A DNA stretch of 30,118 nt from Anaerolineae bacterium (GTDB taxonomy: Bacteria > Chloroflexota > Anaerolineae > Epilineales > Epilineaceae). Position numbers and translations under genes: made by a program. Under the pieces are notes generated by a model. The model did no database searches and was not told where the DNA came from. It worked only from the letters and a program-made list of their open reading frames with translations. Positions 1 to 7,906 of the stretch are shown piece after piece (the stretch's first letter is position 1; each line of letters opens with the position of its first letter). The stretch lies in the NCBI GenBank assembly GCA_029262755.1, contig JAJCYU010000424.1, positions 1 to 30,118 of the forward strand, given 5' to 3'.

Positions 1-572
1 TCAACAACGCGGGCATCACCGCCTACGGCCCGTGGGAGCTCACCCCAACCGACCAGCTGCGCGCCCTGCTTGAGGTCAATCTCGTCGGCGTGATGGCCGT
101 CACCCAGGCCTTCCTACCCTCCCTGCGCGCTGGGCGCGGCCGCATCGTCAACGTCAGCTCCACCTCCGGCCGCTTCGCGCTTCCGTTTCTGGGCGCGTAT
201 GCCGCGACGAAGCACGCGCTGGAGGCGCTCTCGGACAGCCTGCGCCGCGAGCTCGCCGAATCGGGCGTGCAGGTCATCGTGATCCAGCCCGGCCGAGTGG
301 ATACACGCATGGTCCGCGAGGCGCCGATCGGCGATGTGTCGGCATACGTGGGCACGCCCTACGAGGTGGGAACCCGTCGGCTTGCGGAGCGCGTGCGGCG
401 CCAGCCGAGCGCACCGCTGCAGCCCTCCGCCGTGGCCGCGGTCATCGCCGACGCGCTCGAGGCACGGCGGCCGCCGACCCGCGTGCTGCTCGTACCGGGC
501 AGCCATTGGAAGGCGTGGGCCGCCGGCTGGCTGCCCGCGCGGATTCTGGACTGGGTGATCGCGCGGCGCTGA
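1..572 (+). CDS. Short-chain dehydrogenase/reductase (SDR), 5'-truncated by window edge
   Basis: The frame from position 3 reads NNAGITAYGPWEL...EVNLVGVMAVTQAFLP...GRIVNVSS...YAATK...IQPGRVDT, containing the NNAG, catalytic Ser, YxxxK and PG motifs of classical SDRs. Confidence 0.93.
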   Translation, partial: NNAGITAYGPWELTPTDQLRALLEVNLVGVMAVTQAFLPSLRAGRGRIVNVSSTSGRFALPFLGAYAATKHALEALSDSLRRELAESGVQVIVIQPGRVDTRMVREAPIGDVSAYVGTPYEVGTRRLAERVRRQPSAPLQPSAVAAVIADALEARRPPTRVLLVPGSHWKAWAAGWLPARILDWVIARR

Positions 573-598
573 GCGACGGCGGTGGGTCGACTGCGACC

Positions 599-1630
599 CT
601 AGGCGGTCGGAGCGGGGCGAACGTCGTGGCCGTCGCTGTCGTCGCGGTCGTCGCGACCCTCGTTGTCATCGTGACCGACATGGACATGGCGATCGGCATG
701 GACGTCGCGAACCGCGGACGGCGCGACCTCGGATGCGGGAGCCGCGTGCGTGCCCACGCCATGCGCGAGACCGCGCAGGTGAGCGGCCAACGCGGCCGGT
801 TGCCCCGTGCCCGCGAGTCGCAACGCGGTTGCGCCGAGGCCGACAGCGACGCGGATTCCGGCACCGGTCGCCCAGCGCGGTCCGTGGAGCCGTCGGAAGC
901 GCAGCCGGCTACGGGTCATGTGGAAGCGGCGCAGCGCACCGGCGTGCCCACCCGTGCGGTGGCTGACCGCGTGCCAGATGCGAGCATCGGGATGCGGGTG
1001 AACGTGCATCCGCACTCCCGCCCTGCCGGCGCGGAGGCACCAGTCCACGTCCTCGTAATACAGGAAGAAGCCCGGGTCGAAGGGCCCGGCGCGACGCCAC
1101 GCAGCCGGCGTCAGCAGCAGCGCCGTGGACCACAAGACGTCAACGTCCAAGCGCGGATCGCCGGCGGGTCGATGGTCCAACTCGCCCGGCAGACCGCCAC
1201 GCCACCACGCGCCGGCGAACCAGGGCTCGCCTGGCGGCCGCATCCAGTGGATCTCGGGCGAACGCGCTTCCGCTTCTTCTGGCGCCGGTGCATCGGCCAA
1301 CAGGGCTCGCAGGAAGCCGGGGCCGAAGCTGACGTCGCTGTTGAGCAGGAGCACCGCCGGCGCACCGAGACGCCACGCATGGGCAACTCCCTGGTTGCAA
1401 GCGGCTGCGAAGCCGACGTTGTTCGCGTTGGCGATGATCACGGCCGCGGGCAGCAGGCGCGCGAGCTGCGCCGCCGAACCATCGGCCGACGCGTTGTCCA
1501 CGACGATGATGCGGCTCGGATCGTGCCCCGCGAGCAGCAACTGGCGCGCGACGGACGCGGTGAAGCGCCATCCGTTGTAGTTGACCAGCAACGTGGCCAC
1601 GGTCGACGGTGCGGCCGGGTGTTCGCTCAC
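599..1630 (-). CDS. Family 2 glycosyltransferase (WbbL/rhamnosyltransferase-like)
   Basis: Motifs LLVNYN, IVVDNASADGS, NVGFAAACNQG, LLLNSD and FDPGFFLYYEDVDWCLR. The GTG start overlaps the stop of the upstream aminotransferase (GTGA). Confidence 0.93.
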   Translation of the reverse strand: MSEHPAAPSTVATLLVNYNGWRFTASVARQLLLAGHDPSRIIVVDNASADGSAAQLARLLPAAVIIANANNVGFAAACNQGVAHAWRLGAPAVLLLNSDVSFGPGFLRALLADAPAPEEAEARSPEIHWMRPPGEPWFAGAWWRGGLPGELDHRPAGDPRLDVDVLWSTALLLTPAAWRRAGPFDPGFFLYYEDVDWCLRAGRAGVRMHVHPHPDARIWHAVSHRTGGHAGALRRFHMTRSRLRFRRLHGPRWATGAGIRVAVGLGATALRLAGTGQPAALAAHLRGLAHGVGTHAAPASEVAPSAVRDVHADRHVHVGHDDNEGRDDRDDSDGHDVRPAPTA

Positions 1631-2913
1631 GACGTTGATCGTGCAACGCCGCCGGCCGTCTCGGGGTCGGGGCCGGGGCTTGGGTCGGGGTCAGGGTCGA
1701 GGCTTGGGCCCGGTGGCGTTGCAATCGCTGCAAGCCGCGCTCGGACGTCCGGCGCGTGCTCGTGCAGGCGGCGGATTGCGGCCGTGATCGTGTCGCATTC
1801 TTCGACCGTCATGTCGTTGTAGACCGGCAGCGCAACGACGCGCGCGGCCACATCCTCGGCCTGCGGCAGCGGGCGTTGTCGGGGCTGCGCATAGCAACGG
1901 AGCAGGTGGCACGCAGGGCTGTAGTAGGTCCGCGCCTGGATGCGTTCGGCCGCCAGGCCGGCCACGAGCTCGTCACGGTTGAGCCCGAACGTGGTTGGAT
2001 CGACGAGGATCGGGTAGTAGAGCCATGCGGGGGTCGCGCGAGATGGGGGCGCCGCCGTGCGCAAGCCCGGCACGGCGGCGAGCGCAGCCCGGTACCGGAC
2101 GGCGATGGCGTTCCGGTGGTCGATGCGGCGCGTCACGTCGTCGACCTGCGCAAGGCCGAGCAAGGCGGCGAACTCCGTCATCTTGGCGTTCATGCCCGGT
2201 TCGTCACAGTCGGCGCCGCGCACCTGGGCGAAGTTGCGCAGCACGGCCACCCGCGCGACGAGCGTCGATCCGGCCGGAGCGCTCACGCAGCCGCCCTCGG
2301 TGGTCGAAAAGGCCTTCGTCGCGTGAAAGCTGAACGCCGAACCGTCCCCCTCGCCGCCGATCGGCCGCCCGTCCCACCGTGCGCCGAACGCGGGCGCGGC
2401 GTCGAAGAGCACGGGCACGCCATGCGCTTCGCCCAGCGCAACGAGGGCCTCCCGGTCGCAGGGTATCCCGTAGGGGTCCACGGCCAGGATCGCGGTCGTG
2501 CGATCGGTGATGCACCGTTCGGCGTCGCGTGGATCCAGGCCGAAGCCGCCCGGCTCGACGTCCGCGAACACCGGCGTCGCGCCGCACCACGCCACCGCGT
2601 GGGGCGTCGCGCTGAAGGTCAGCGCGGGCACGATGACCTCGCCTCCGGTCACGCCTGCCGCGCGCAGCAGGAGCATGACCGCGGATTGGCCACAGTTCGT
2701 CGCGGCCACGGCCGAAACGCCGAGCATGTCGGCCAAGCGCTGCTCGAAGCGCTGCACATGTGGACCGTGATTGGTGACATGACCGGTGGCGAGCGCCTGC
2801 TCGAGATCGTCGGCGATCTCGGCCAGCGCGGGAAAGCGCGGCCGCACGATCGGCAGGGGCTGGGCGGCCAAGGGGCGACCGCCGAGCAGGGCGGGGCGCT
2901 GCGATACCGTCAT
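1627..2913 (-). CDS. DegT/DnrJ/EryC1/StrS family PLP-dependent sugar aminotransferase
   Basis: Motifs EVIVPALTFSAT, PVFADVE, FDAAPAFG and FSFHATKAFSTTEGG (PLP lysine). Start placed at ATG 2913 with GGAG 7 nt upstream. Confidence 0.95.
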   Translation of the reverse strand: MTVSQRPALLGGRPLAAQPLPIVRPRFPALAEIADDLEQALATGHVTNHGPHVQRFEQRLADMLGVSAVAATNCGQSAVMLLLRAAGVTGGEVIVPALTFSATPHAVAWCGATPVFADVEPGGFGLDPRDAERCITDRTTAILAVDPYGIPCDREALVALGEAHGVPVLFDAAPAFGARWDGRPIGGEGDGSAFSFHATKAFSTTEGGCVSAPAGSTLVARVAVLRNFAQVRGADCDEPGMNAKMTEFAALLGLAQVDDVTRRIDHRNAIAVRYRAALAAVPGLRTAAPPSRATPAWLYYPILVDPTTFGLNRDELVAGLAAERIQARTYYSPACHLLRCYAQPRQRPLPQAEDVAARVVALPVYNDMTVEECDTITAAIRRLHEHAPDVRARLAAIATPPGPSLDPDPDPSPGPDPETAGGVARSTS

Positions 2914-3043
2914 TTCGGGCTCCATCCACAACGTACGGGGCCGAAGCGACCCGAGGCAATAAGGCATCGGTGGGGGACCGATGCGACGGTCAAAGCATAT
3001 CGTGCGTCGGTCGCGAAGTGCGCCCTAGGGACCTTGATTTGGT

Positions 3044-3140
3044 ACCGTGGGCTCAGGGCTCGACCAACAATAAGCAAACCAAGTCGGGAGCCGCTGCATC
3101 CTTGGTTCGGTCATCCTGTTGTTGGTAGAGGCCTCACGGT
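3044..3140. repeat. Long imperfect intergenic palindrome, with one arm repeated at 7358-7386
   Basis: Nested inverted pairs ACCGTG(3044)/CACGGT(3135), ACCAACAA(3063)/TTGTTGGT(3119) and AACCAAG(3077)/CTTGGTT(3101). Confidence 0.6.
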
Positions 3141-3256
3141 CGCGACCCGTCGGCTCGAATAACAGGTCGGGGACCTACCCTAGCCTACCGTGACCCGCCG
3201 TCCCGGCTATCCTAGGCGCGCTCTCCGCCACCCGCCTCGCTCAGGGAGCCCGCCCC

Positions 3257-5344
3257 GTGTCCATCGACTGGCCCGCCTTCCTGTCCTTAGCCTTCGTGAC
3301 GACGTTCACGCCGGGGCCGAACAACATCGCGGCCGCTTCGTCCGGGGTCGCCGTGGGCTACCGCCGCTCGCTGCCCTTCATTTTCGGCGTGGGATCGGGT
3401 TTCGCGCTCGTCATGTTGCTCTGCGCGACCGCCGCGTCCCTGCTCCTGCAATGGGTGCCCGCCGCGGCGCCCGTGTTGCGCGTCGCGGGCGCGGCCTACG
3501 TGCTTTGGCTGGCCTGGCGCACGTGGCGCAGCGGCTATGACCTCGCGGCCGCGGACCAGCCGACGCTCGGATTCCGCAACGGCTTCGTGCTGCAGTTCTT
3601 GAATCTGAAGATGATCGTGTACGGCCTCACGGTCTTCGCCTCGTTCTTGGCACCCTTCGCCGGCCGCGTCCCGCTGCTCGTTCTCAGCGCCATCGGCATG
3701 GCGGGCATCGCGCTCAGCTCGACGACCACCTGGGCGACGGCGGGCTCGTGGATCGGCCGCCACCTGCATCGTCCGCGGCTGCGCGTCGCGCTGAACGGCG
3801 GACTCGCGCTGCTGCTGGTGTGGACGGCGGTCGCGCTGCTGCGCGCGGATGTCCGGCTCGCGGGCGCGCAGGACGGCGCGGCGGGTTCGTCGCAGATCGT
3901 GCGCGCGGCGAAGCTCGAGACGCGCGGCGGGCTGGTTGACCGGGAGCTCGAGCGTACGGTCGAGCCGGCGGTTCAGCCTGCCGACGAGCCTGCGCTTCGG
4001 TCGGCGAGTCACTCCGCCTCCCCTGCGCAATCCACCGCCCAGCAACCCGCCAGTCCCTACGTCTGGCCGAAGGGTCCGCCGGCCGATCCGGCGTACTTTC
4101 CCATCGGCGTCTGGCTGCAGAGCCCGTCCAACGCGGCGGCCTTTCGGGCGCTGGGCATCAACCACTTCATCGGCCTGTGGCAGGGGCCCACCGACGAGCA
4201 GCTCGACGCGCTCGGCGCGGCCGGCATGCCTGTGTTCGCCAGCCAGAATGCGGTCGGGCGCGCACGGTTGGGCGACGAGACGCTGCTCGGCTGGACGCAG
4301 CAGGACGAGCCGGACAACGCGCAGTCGGACGGCCAGGGCGGCTACGGGCCGTGCATCGAACCGGCCGAGATCATCCGCCGCTACGAGGCCATGAAGGCGG
4401 CGGACCCGGATCGCCCCGTGTGGCTCAACCTCGGTCAAGGCGTCGCGTGGGACGAGGATCGGCCCTACGTCGGCCGCGGCAGCGCCTGCGCAAACCGGTG
4501 GGACCACTACCCGGAGTACATCAAGGGCGCCGACATCGTGTCCTTCGACATCTACCCCGTCACGAGCCGCTACGAGCACATCCAGGGCGATCTGACGCGC
4601 GTGGCCTTGGGTATCGATCGCCTGCGGGAATGGAGCGGCGGCGAGAAGATCGTGTGGAACGTCATCGAGACGACGCACATCAACAGCCAGGTCATGCCTT
4701 CGCCCGCCCAGACCCGAGCCGAAGTATGGTTGTCGCTGGTCCACGGCTCGATGGGCATCGTCTACTTCGTCCACGAATGGGTGCCGCGCTTCCGCGAGCC
4801 GGCGCTGCTGGACTATCCCGAGATGATGGCCGCCGTGAAGCGCGTCAACGGCGAGATCGAGCAGCTCGCGCCCGTGCTCAACAGCCCGACGCTCGACGAC
4901 GTGGTCACCGTGACACCGACCGATCCGAACGCGCGGATCGACGTCATGACCAAACAACACGAAGGTTGGCTCTACCTCTTCGCCGTCGCGCCCAAGGACG
5001 AGCCGGCCGCGGTCGTGCTGCGGCCGGATCCCGCCTTGATCGGCGCAGGCGACCCGCCCATCGTCGAGGTGCTTGGCGAAGACCGCTCGATCCTCATGGA
5101 AGACGGCGCGATCCAAGACCGCTTCGACGGCTACGGCGTGCATTTGTACCGCGTACGGTCGGTCGCATCGGCCGGCCCGACGGCGACGGCCATCGCGCGT
5201 TCGACGGCGGTCGCGACGGCAACGGCGGAAGCAACGGCGACCGCGTCCGGTCCCGCGCCGACGCAACCGGTGCCGACGCAGGCGCGGCCGACAACGACGG
5301 TGCCGGACGCATCGGCGATCTACCTGCCGCGCGTTCTGCGCTAG
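3257..5344 (+). CDS. Fusion ORF: N-terminal LysE/RhtB-family translocator plus putative TIM-barrel glycoside hydrolase-like domain, Pro/Thr linker and IYLPRVLR tail
   Basis: About 200 aa hydrophobic N-terminus with TPGPNN, GAAYVLWLAWR and GFVLQFLNLK (LysE signatures). The soluble domain has FPIGVW, QQDEPDN, ADIVSFDIYP, NVIETT and HGSMGIVYF. GGGAG precedes the GTG start and there is no internal stop. Confidence 0.8.
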   Translation: MSIDWPAFLSLAFVTTFTPGPNNIAAASSGVAVGYRRSLPFIFGVGSGFALVMLLCATAASLLLQWVPAAAPVLRVAGAAYVLWLAWRTWRSGYDLAAADQPTLGFRNGFVLQFLNLKMIVYGLTVFASFLAPFAGRVPLLVLSAIGMAGIALSSTTTWATAGSWIGRHLHRPRLRVALNGGLALLLVWTAVALLRADVRLAGAQDGAAGSSQIVRAAKLETRGGLVDRELERTVEPAVQPADEPALRSASHSASPAQSTAQQPASPYVWPKGPPADPAYFPIGVWLQSPSNAAAFRALGINHFIGLWQGPTDEQLDALGAAGMPVFASQNAVGRARLGDETLLGWTQQDEPDNAQSDGQGGYGPCIEPAEIIRRYEAMKAADPDRPVWLNLGQGVAWDEDRPYVGRGSACANRWDHYPEYIKGADIVSFDIYPVTSRYEHIQGDLTRVALGIDRLREWSGGEKIVWNVIETTHINSQVMPSPAQTRAEVWLSLVHGSMGIVYFVHEWVPRFREPALLDYPEMMAAVKRVNGEIEQLAPVLNSPTLDDVVTVTPTDPNARIDVMTKQHEGWLYLFAVAPKDEPAAVVLRPDPALIGAGDPPIVEVLGEDRSILMEDGAIQDRFDGYGVHLYRVRSVASAGPTATAIARSTAVATATAEATATASGPAPTQPVPTQARPTTTVPDASAIYLPRVLR

Positions 5345-5446
5345 GTCGTCGCCACCCCCGAACCGGTTGGGTAGCGAGCGTGCCGATGCGTCGTCGCCGT
5401 GCTTCGACGCGACGTTCGTCGCGCTAGATCCGCCGCGCCCGGTCCA

Positions 5447-6778
5447 TCAGTCGTCGTCGTACCCTTCCCGACGCGCAATGCGTTCCTCCTGCGCCGCCAG
5501 ATCGGCGATGAGCTTGGCGGCCATGAACTCCGGCCGCCGCTCCAGGTCGAGTTCCGCGTCCACGTAGCGCATCCAAAGGTCCTCGGCCAGGGCCGTCGCG
5601 TCACGCTCGACGCCTTGCGACGCGAAGTACTGACACACGCGCTCGACGTCGCGATCGAAGATCGCCCGTGCTTCCGGGTTGTCTTCCGGCTGTACGACCT
5701 GCGGAAAGTCGATCAAGGTGATCTCACCCTCGTGGTACAGGATGTTGTAGGCCGACAGATCTCCGTGAACGACGCCGTAGGAGAGCATAAGCGCCACGTT
5801 CTCCAACACGCGATCAAACAAGGGCTCTACCTCTTCCGGAGCCAACGCGACATGGTTGAGCGTCGTCGCGGGTCGGTCGGCGCTGCCCACGTACTCCATC
5901 AGGATCACGTTCGGACCGCGGGCGATCGGGCGCGGCACATCGGCGCCCGCCGCGTGCAGGCGCTCCATCGTCACGTACTCGTAAGACATCCACGAGGCAT
6001 GCTTGAGGTCCTTGCCCATCTCGGTGCCCGTGATGATCGCGTGCCACGCCCGCTCGTCGTGTAGCTGCTTGCCCTGCTCGTCGAGGATCGTGCGGCCATG
6101 CCGATACCGGGCGTCGTTGCGCAGGTTGCGGAAGGTTCGCGGCCGGTAGACCTTGGCCGCCGCGTAGGGCGCGCCCGTGGCTTCCGGCACGGTCACCTGA
6201 TAGACGCTGGCCTCTTTGCCACCCTTGATCAAGCGCAGGACATCGGTGATGTCGCCCTGGATGAAGAAGCCGCCCAGCGCATCGGAAAGCCATTGCCGCT
6301 CGTGCTTGATGGGTTTGTAGGTCAGCCCGTCGAAGCCGGTCGCCAACGTGTCGTCGTCGGCTGCGACGCGTCGCACGTCCTCGTTCGGATCATCGTGCGG
6401 AACGAGACGCGGTCGGTGCATCGCAGTACGGTGCGCCTGCCGATCGCCGCGCTCCAGATCGTGGTCGTAATGCTCGAACTCTTCGTCGAAGTCGTCGAAG
6501 GCGTCGGCATCCTCATCGGCGTCGGTGCCGGCGTCCTCGGCACCGTACGGGTCCGTGATATCGGCTTCGTCCCACGTCGAGCCGGTGTTCACATCGTCGG
6601 CTTCGGAAGGTTCGGAGTTGAGGTCGATGTCGAGGTCGAGGGTGTCGTCGCGACTCGTGTCGGCGCGCGGATTACGCCGACCTTCTTCGGACGTTCGCGC
6701 ATCCGTGTCCGTTGAAGGGGGATGATCGGTCCCGCGTTGGGGATCGAGGTAGTTGTGGTTCAAGGTTTGGTTCCTCAT
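5447..6778 (-). CDS. RIO1-family atypical Ser/Thr kinase/ATPase with acidic N-terminal extension
   Basis: Motifs IKGGKEASVY, AAKVYR, ILMEYVG, VHGDLSAYNILY, IDFPQ and FDRDVERVCQYF. Start taken as ATG 6778, the first ATG downstream of the leader terminator; the exact start is uncertain. Confidence 0.92.
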   Translation of the reverse strand: MRNQTLNHNYLDPQRGTDHPPSTDTDARTSEEGRRNPRADTSRDDTLDLDIDLNSEPSEADDVNTGSTWDEADITDPYGAEDAGTDADEDADAFDDFDEEFEHYDHDLERGDRQAHRTAMHRPRLVPHDDPNEDVRRVAADDDTLATGFDGLTYKPIKHERQWLSDALGGFFIQGDITDVLRLIKGGKEASVYQVTVPEATGAPYAAAKVYRPRTFRNLRNDARYRHGRTILDEQGKQLHDERAWHAIITGTEMGKDLKHASWMSYEYVTMERLHAAGADVPRPIARGPNVILMEYVGSADRPATTLNHVALAPEEVEPLFDRVLENVALMLSYGVVHGDLSAYNILYHEGEITLIDFPQVVQPEDNPEARAIFDRDVERVCQYFASQGVERDATALAEDLWMRYVDAELDLERRPEFMAAKLIADLAAQEERIARREGYDDD

Positions 6779-6821
6779 GCGATGACGGGAGCGGCGGTCG
6801 CTTGGAGCCGCCTGGCTCGGC

Positions 6822-6858
6822 AAAGAAAAAAGGCCACGGGCTGCGTCGCCCCGTGACC
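6822..6858 (-). terminator. Intrinsic terminator inside the 5' leader of the RIO1 kinase gene (attenuator)
   Basis: Minus-strand RNA GGUCACGGG-GCGACGCAG-CCCGUGGCC-UUUUUUCUUU gives a 9-bp stem with one G-U pair followed by a U tract, which is rare in this GC-rich window. Confidence 0.85.
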
Positions 6859-6898
6859 ATGGCCGGACCGTCATCGCGTCAAACAAGACGCGCTCAGA

Positions 6899-6958
6899 TC
6901 AGCAGGTACGCACGGGCGACGCGATGTCGCTTCGAGCTTGTACGACTTGGGCACCCAT
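6899..6958 (-). CDS. Putative 19-aa leader peptide MGAQVVQARSDIASPVRTC
   Basis: AAGGAGGT (6970-6963) lies 4 nt before ATG 6958, TGA is at 6901-6899, and the ORF is directly upstream of the terminator and RIO1 gene. Confidence 0.7.
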   Translation of the reverse strand: MGAQVVQARSDIASPVRTC

Positions 6959-7082
6959 GCCTACCTCCTTCCCGTTCGTGCGGACACCAGTATGGTTAGC
7001 GTCCGTGCTTGCCTGCTTCGTGGCCGCCAGCCTACCGGATCGGCCGCGTGATGTCAACGACTTCGTGCACGAGGAGCCAACC

Positions 7083-7349
7083 ATGTGCCGCAATATCCGC
7101 ACCCTGTACCACCTCGATCCCCCGACCGACGACGAGGAGATCCGGGCCGCAGCACTCCAGTTCGTGCGCAAGGTGAGCGGCTTCTCGAAGCCTTCCGCTG
7201 CCAACGAGGCGGCCTTCGCACGCGCCATCGATGCCATCGCCGCGACGACCCACGTGCTCATGGATGAACTCGTCACCGCGGCGCCGCCCCGCGATCGGGC
7301 GGAGATGATCGAGAAGGCGCGTGCGCGTGCCGCCAAGCGCTACGGCTAG
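7083..7349 (+). CDS. DUF2277 family small protein
   Basis: MCRNIRTLYHLDPPTDDEEIRAAALQFVRKVSGF matches the family pattern as I recall it. GAGGAG lies upstream of the ATG. Confidence 0.88.
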   Translation: MCRNIRTLYHLDPPTDDEEIRAAALQFVRKVSGFSKPSAANEAAFARAIDAIAATTHVLMDELVTAAPPRDRAEMIEKARARAAKRYG

Positions 7350-7357
7350 CGGATCGC

Positions 7358-7386
7358 CCAACCATAGGATGACCAAACAGGGGATG
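7358..7386. repeat. Degenerate inverted copy of 3097-3125
   Basis: CCAACCATAGGATGACCAAACAGGGGATG versus the reverse complement CCAACAACAGGATGACCGAACCAAGGATG is 23/29 identical and ungapped. Confidence 0.55.
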
Positions 7387-7399
7387 TCGTAGCGCCGCG

Positions 7400-7906
7400 C
7401 TAGCCCCCGCGCTTGATCGACTGCACCACCTCGTCGAGACGCTGTAGGAAGCGCTGCCTCGGCTTCGCTCCAAACGGCGGCGGTCCGCCACCCATCTCGA
7501 TCCCCTGATCCCGCAGCTGCGTCATCAGATCGCGCTGCGCGAGCGCGCTGCCGATCGACTCGTGATCGTGAACCCGCCCCCGCGGCGTAATCACGCGCGC
7601 CCCGGCATGGACGCAGCGATACGCGAGCGGAATATCGGGCGTGACCACGATGTCGTCCGTTCCGACGTGCTCCGCGATCCAATCGTCCGCCGCGTCGGGA
7701 TCGCCCGCCACGAGCTGAAAGCGAATGTTCTCCTCCCGCGGCGTAAAGATCATCCGGTTCGCAACCACAACCACGTCCAGCTTGTAGCGCCGCGCCACCC
7801 GATACGCCTCCTCCTTGACCGGACACCCATCCGCATCGAGATAGAGCGTAGGCAGGGGCGCGCTGTCGTCGCCGGATGCGGTGACGGAGAAGGAGAGGGG
7901 GCTCAT
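7400..7906 (-). CDS. YaiI/YqxD (UPF0178/DUF188) family protein
   Basis: Motifs LYLDADGCPVKEE, DAADDWIAE, DIVVTPDIPLA and GGGPPPF. ATGA overlap with the upstream VOC gene. Confidence 0.92.
   Translation of the reverse strand: MSPLSFSVTASGDDSAPLPTLYLDADGCPVKEEAYRVARRYKLDVVVVANRMIFTPREENIRFQLVAGDPDAADDWIAEHVGTDDIVVTPDIPLAYRCVHAGARVITPRGRVHDHESIGSALAQRDLMTQLRDQGIEMGGGPPPFGAKPRQRFLQRLDEVVQSIKRGG

Noticed and set aside
506..3162. Long plus-strand ORFs 506-1822 and 1756-3162
   Set aside because: Antisense shadows of the GT2 and aminotransferase genes; Arg/Gly-rich with no motifs, as expected in high-GC DNA.
3020..3185. 6S RNA or riboswitch call for the intergenic hairpin
   Set aside because: A rod-like fold is plausible, but I cannot identify the conserved central bubble or any aptamer consensus by eye. 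Kept only as an unexplained palindrome.
5318..5344. Sortase LPxTG or PEP-CTERM interpretation of the LP tails
   Set aside because: No TG, no following hydrophobic helix, and no sortase or exosortase gene in the window.
3287..5427. ORFs 3287-5266 (-) and 4177-5427 (+)
   Set aside because: Shadow or alternate-frame ORFs over the LysE fusion, with no recognisable domains.
6779..6886. ORF-track N-terminal extension of the RIO1 kinase (start 6886)
   Set aside because: It runs through the terminator hairpin and U tract, so it is more plausibly untranslated leader.
6899..7336. 145-aa minus-strand ORF
   Set aside because: Mostly antisense to DUF2277; only its last 19 codons have an SD-supported start (the leader peptide).
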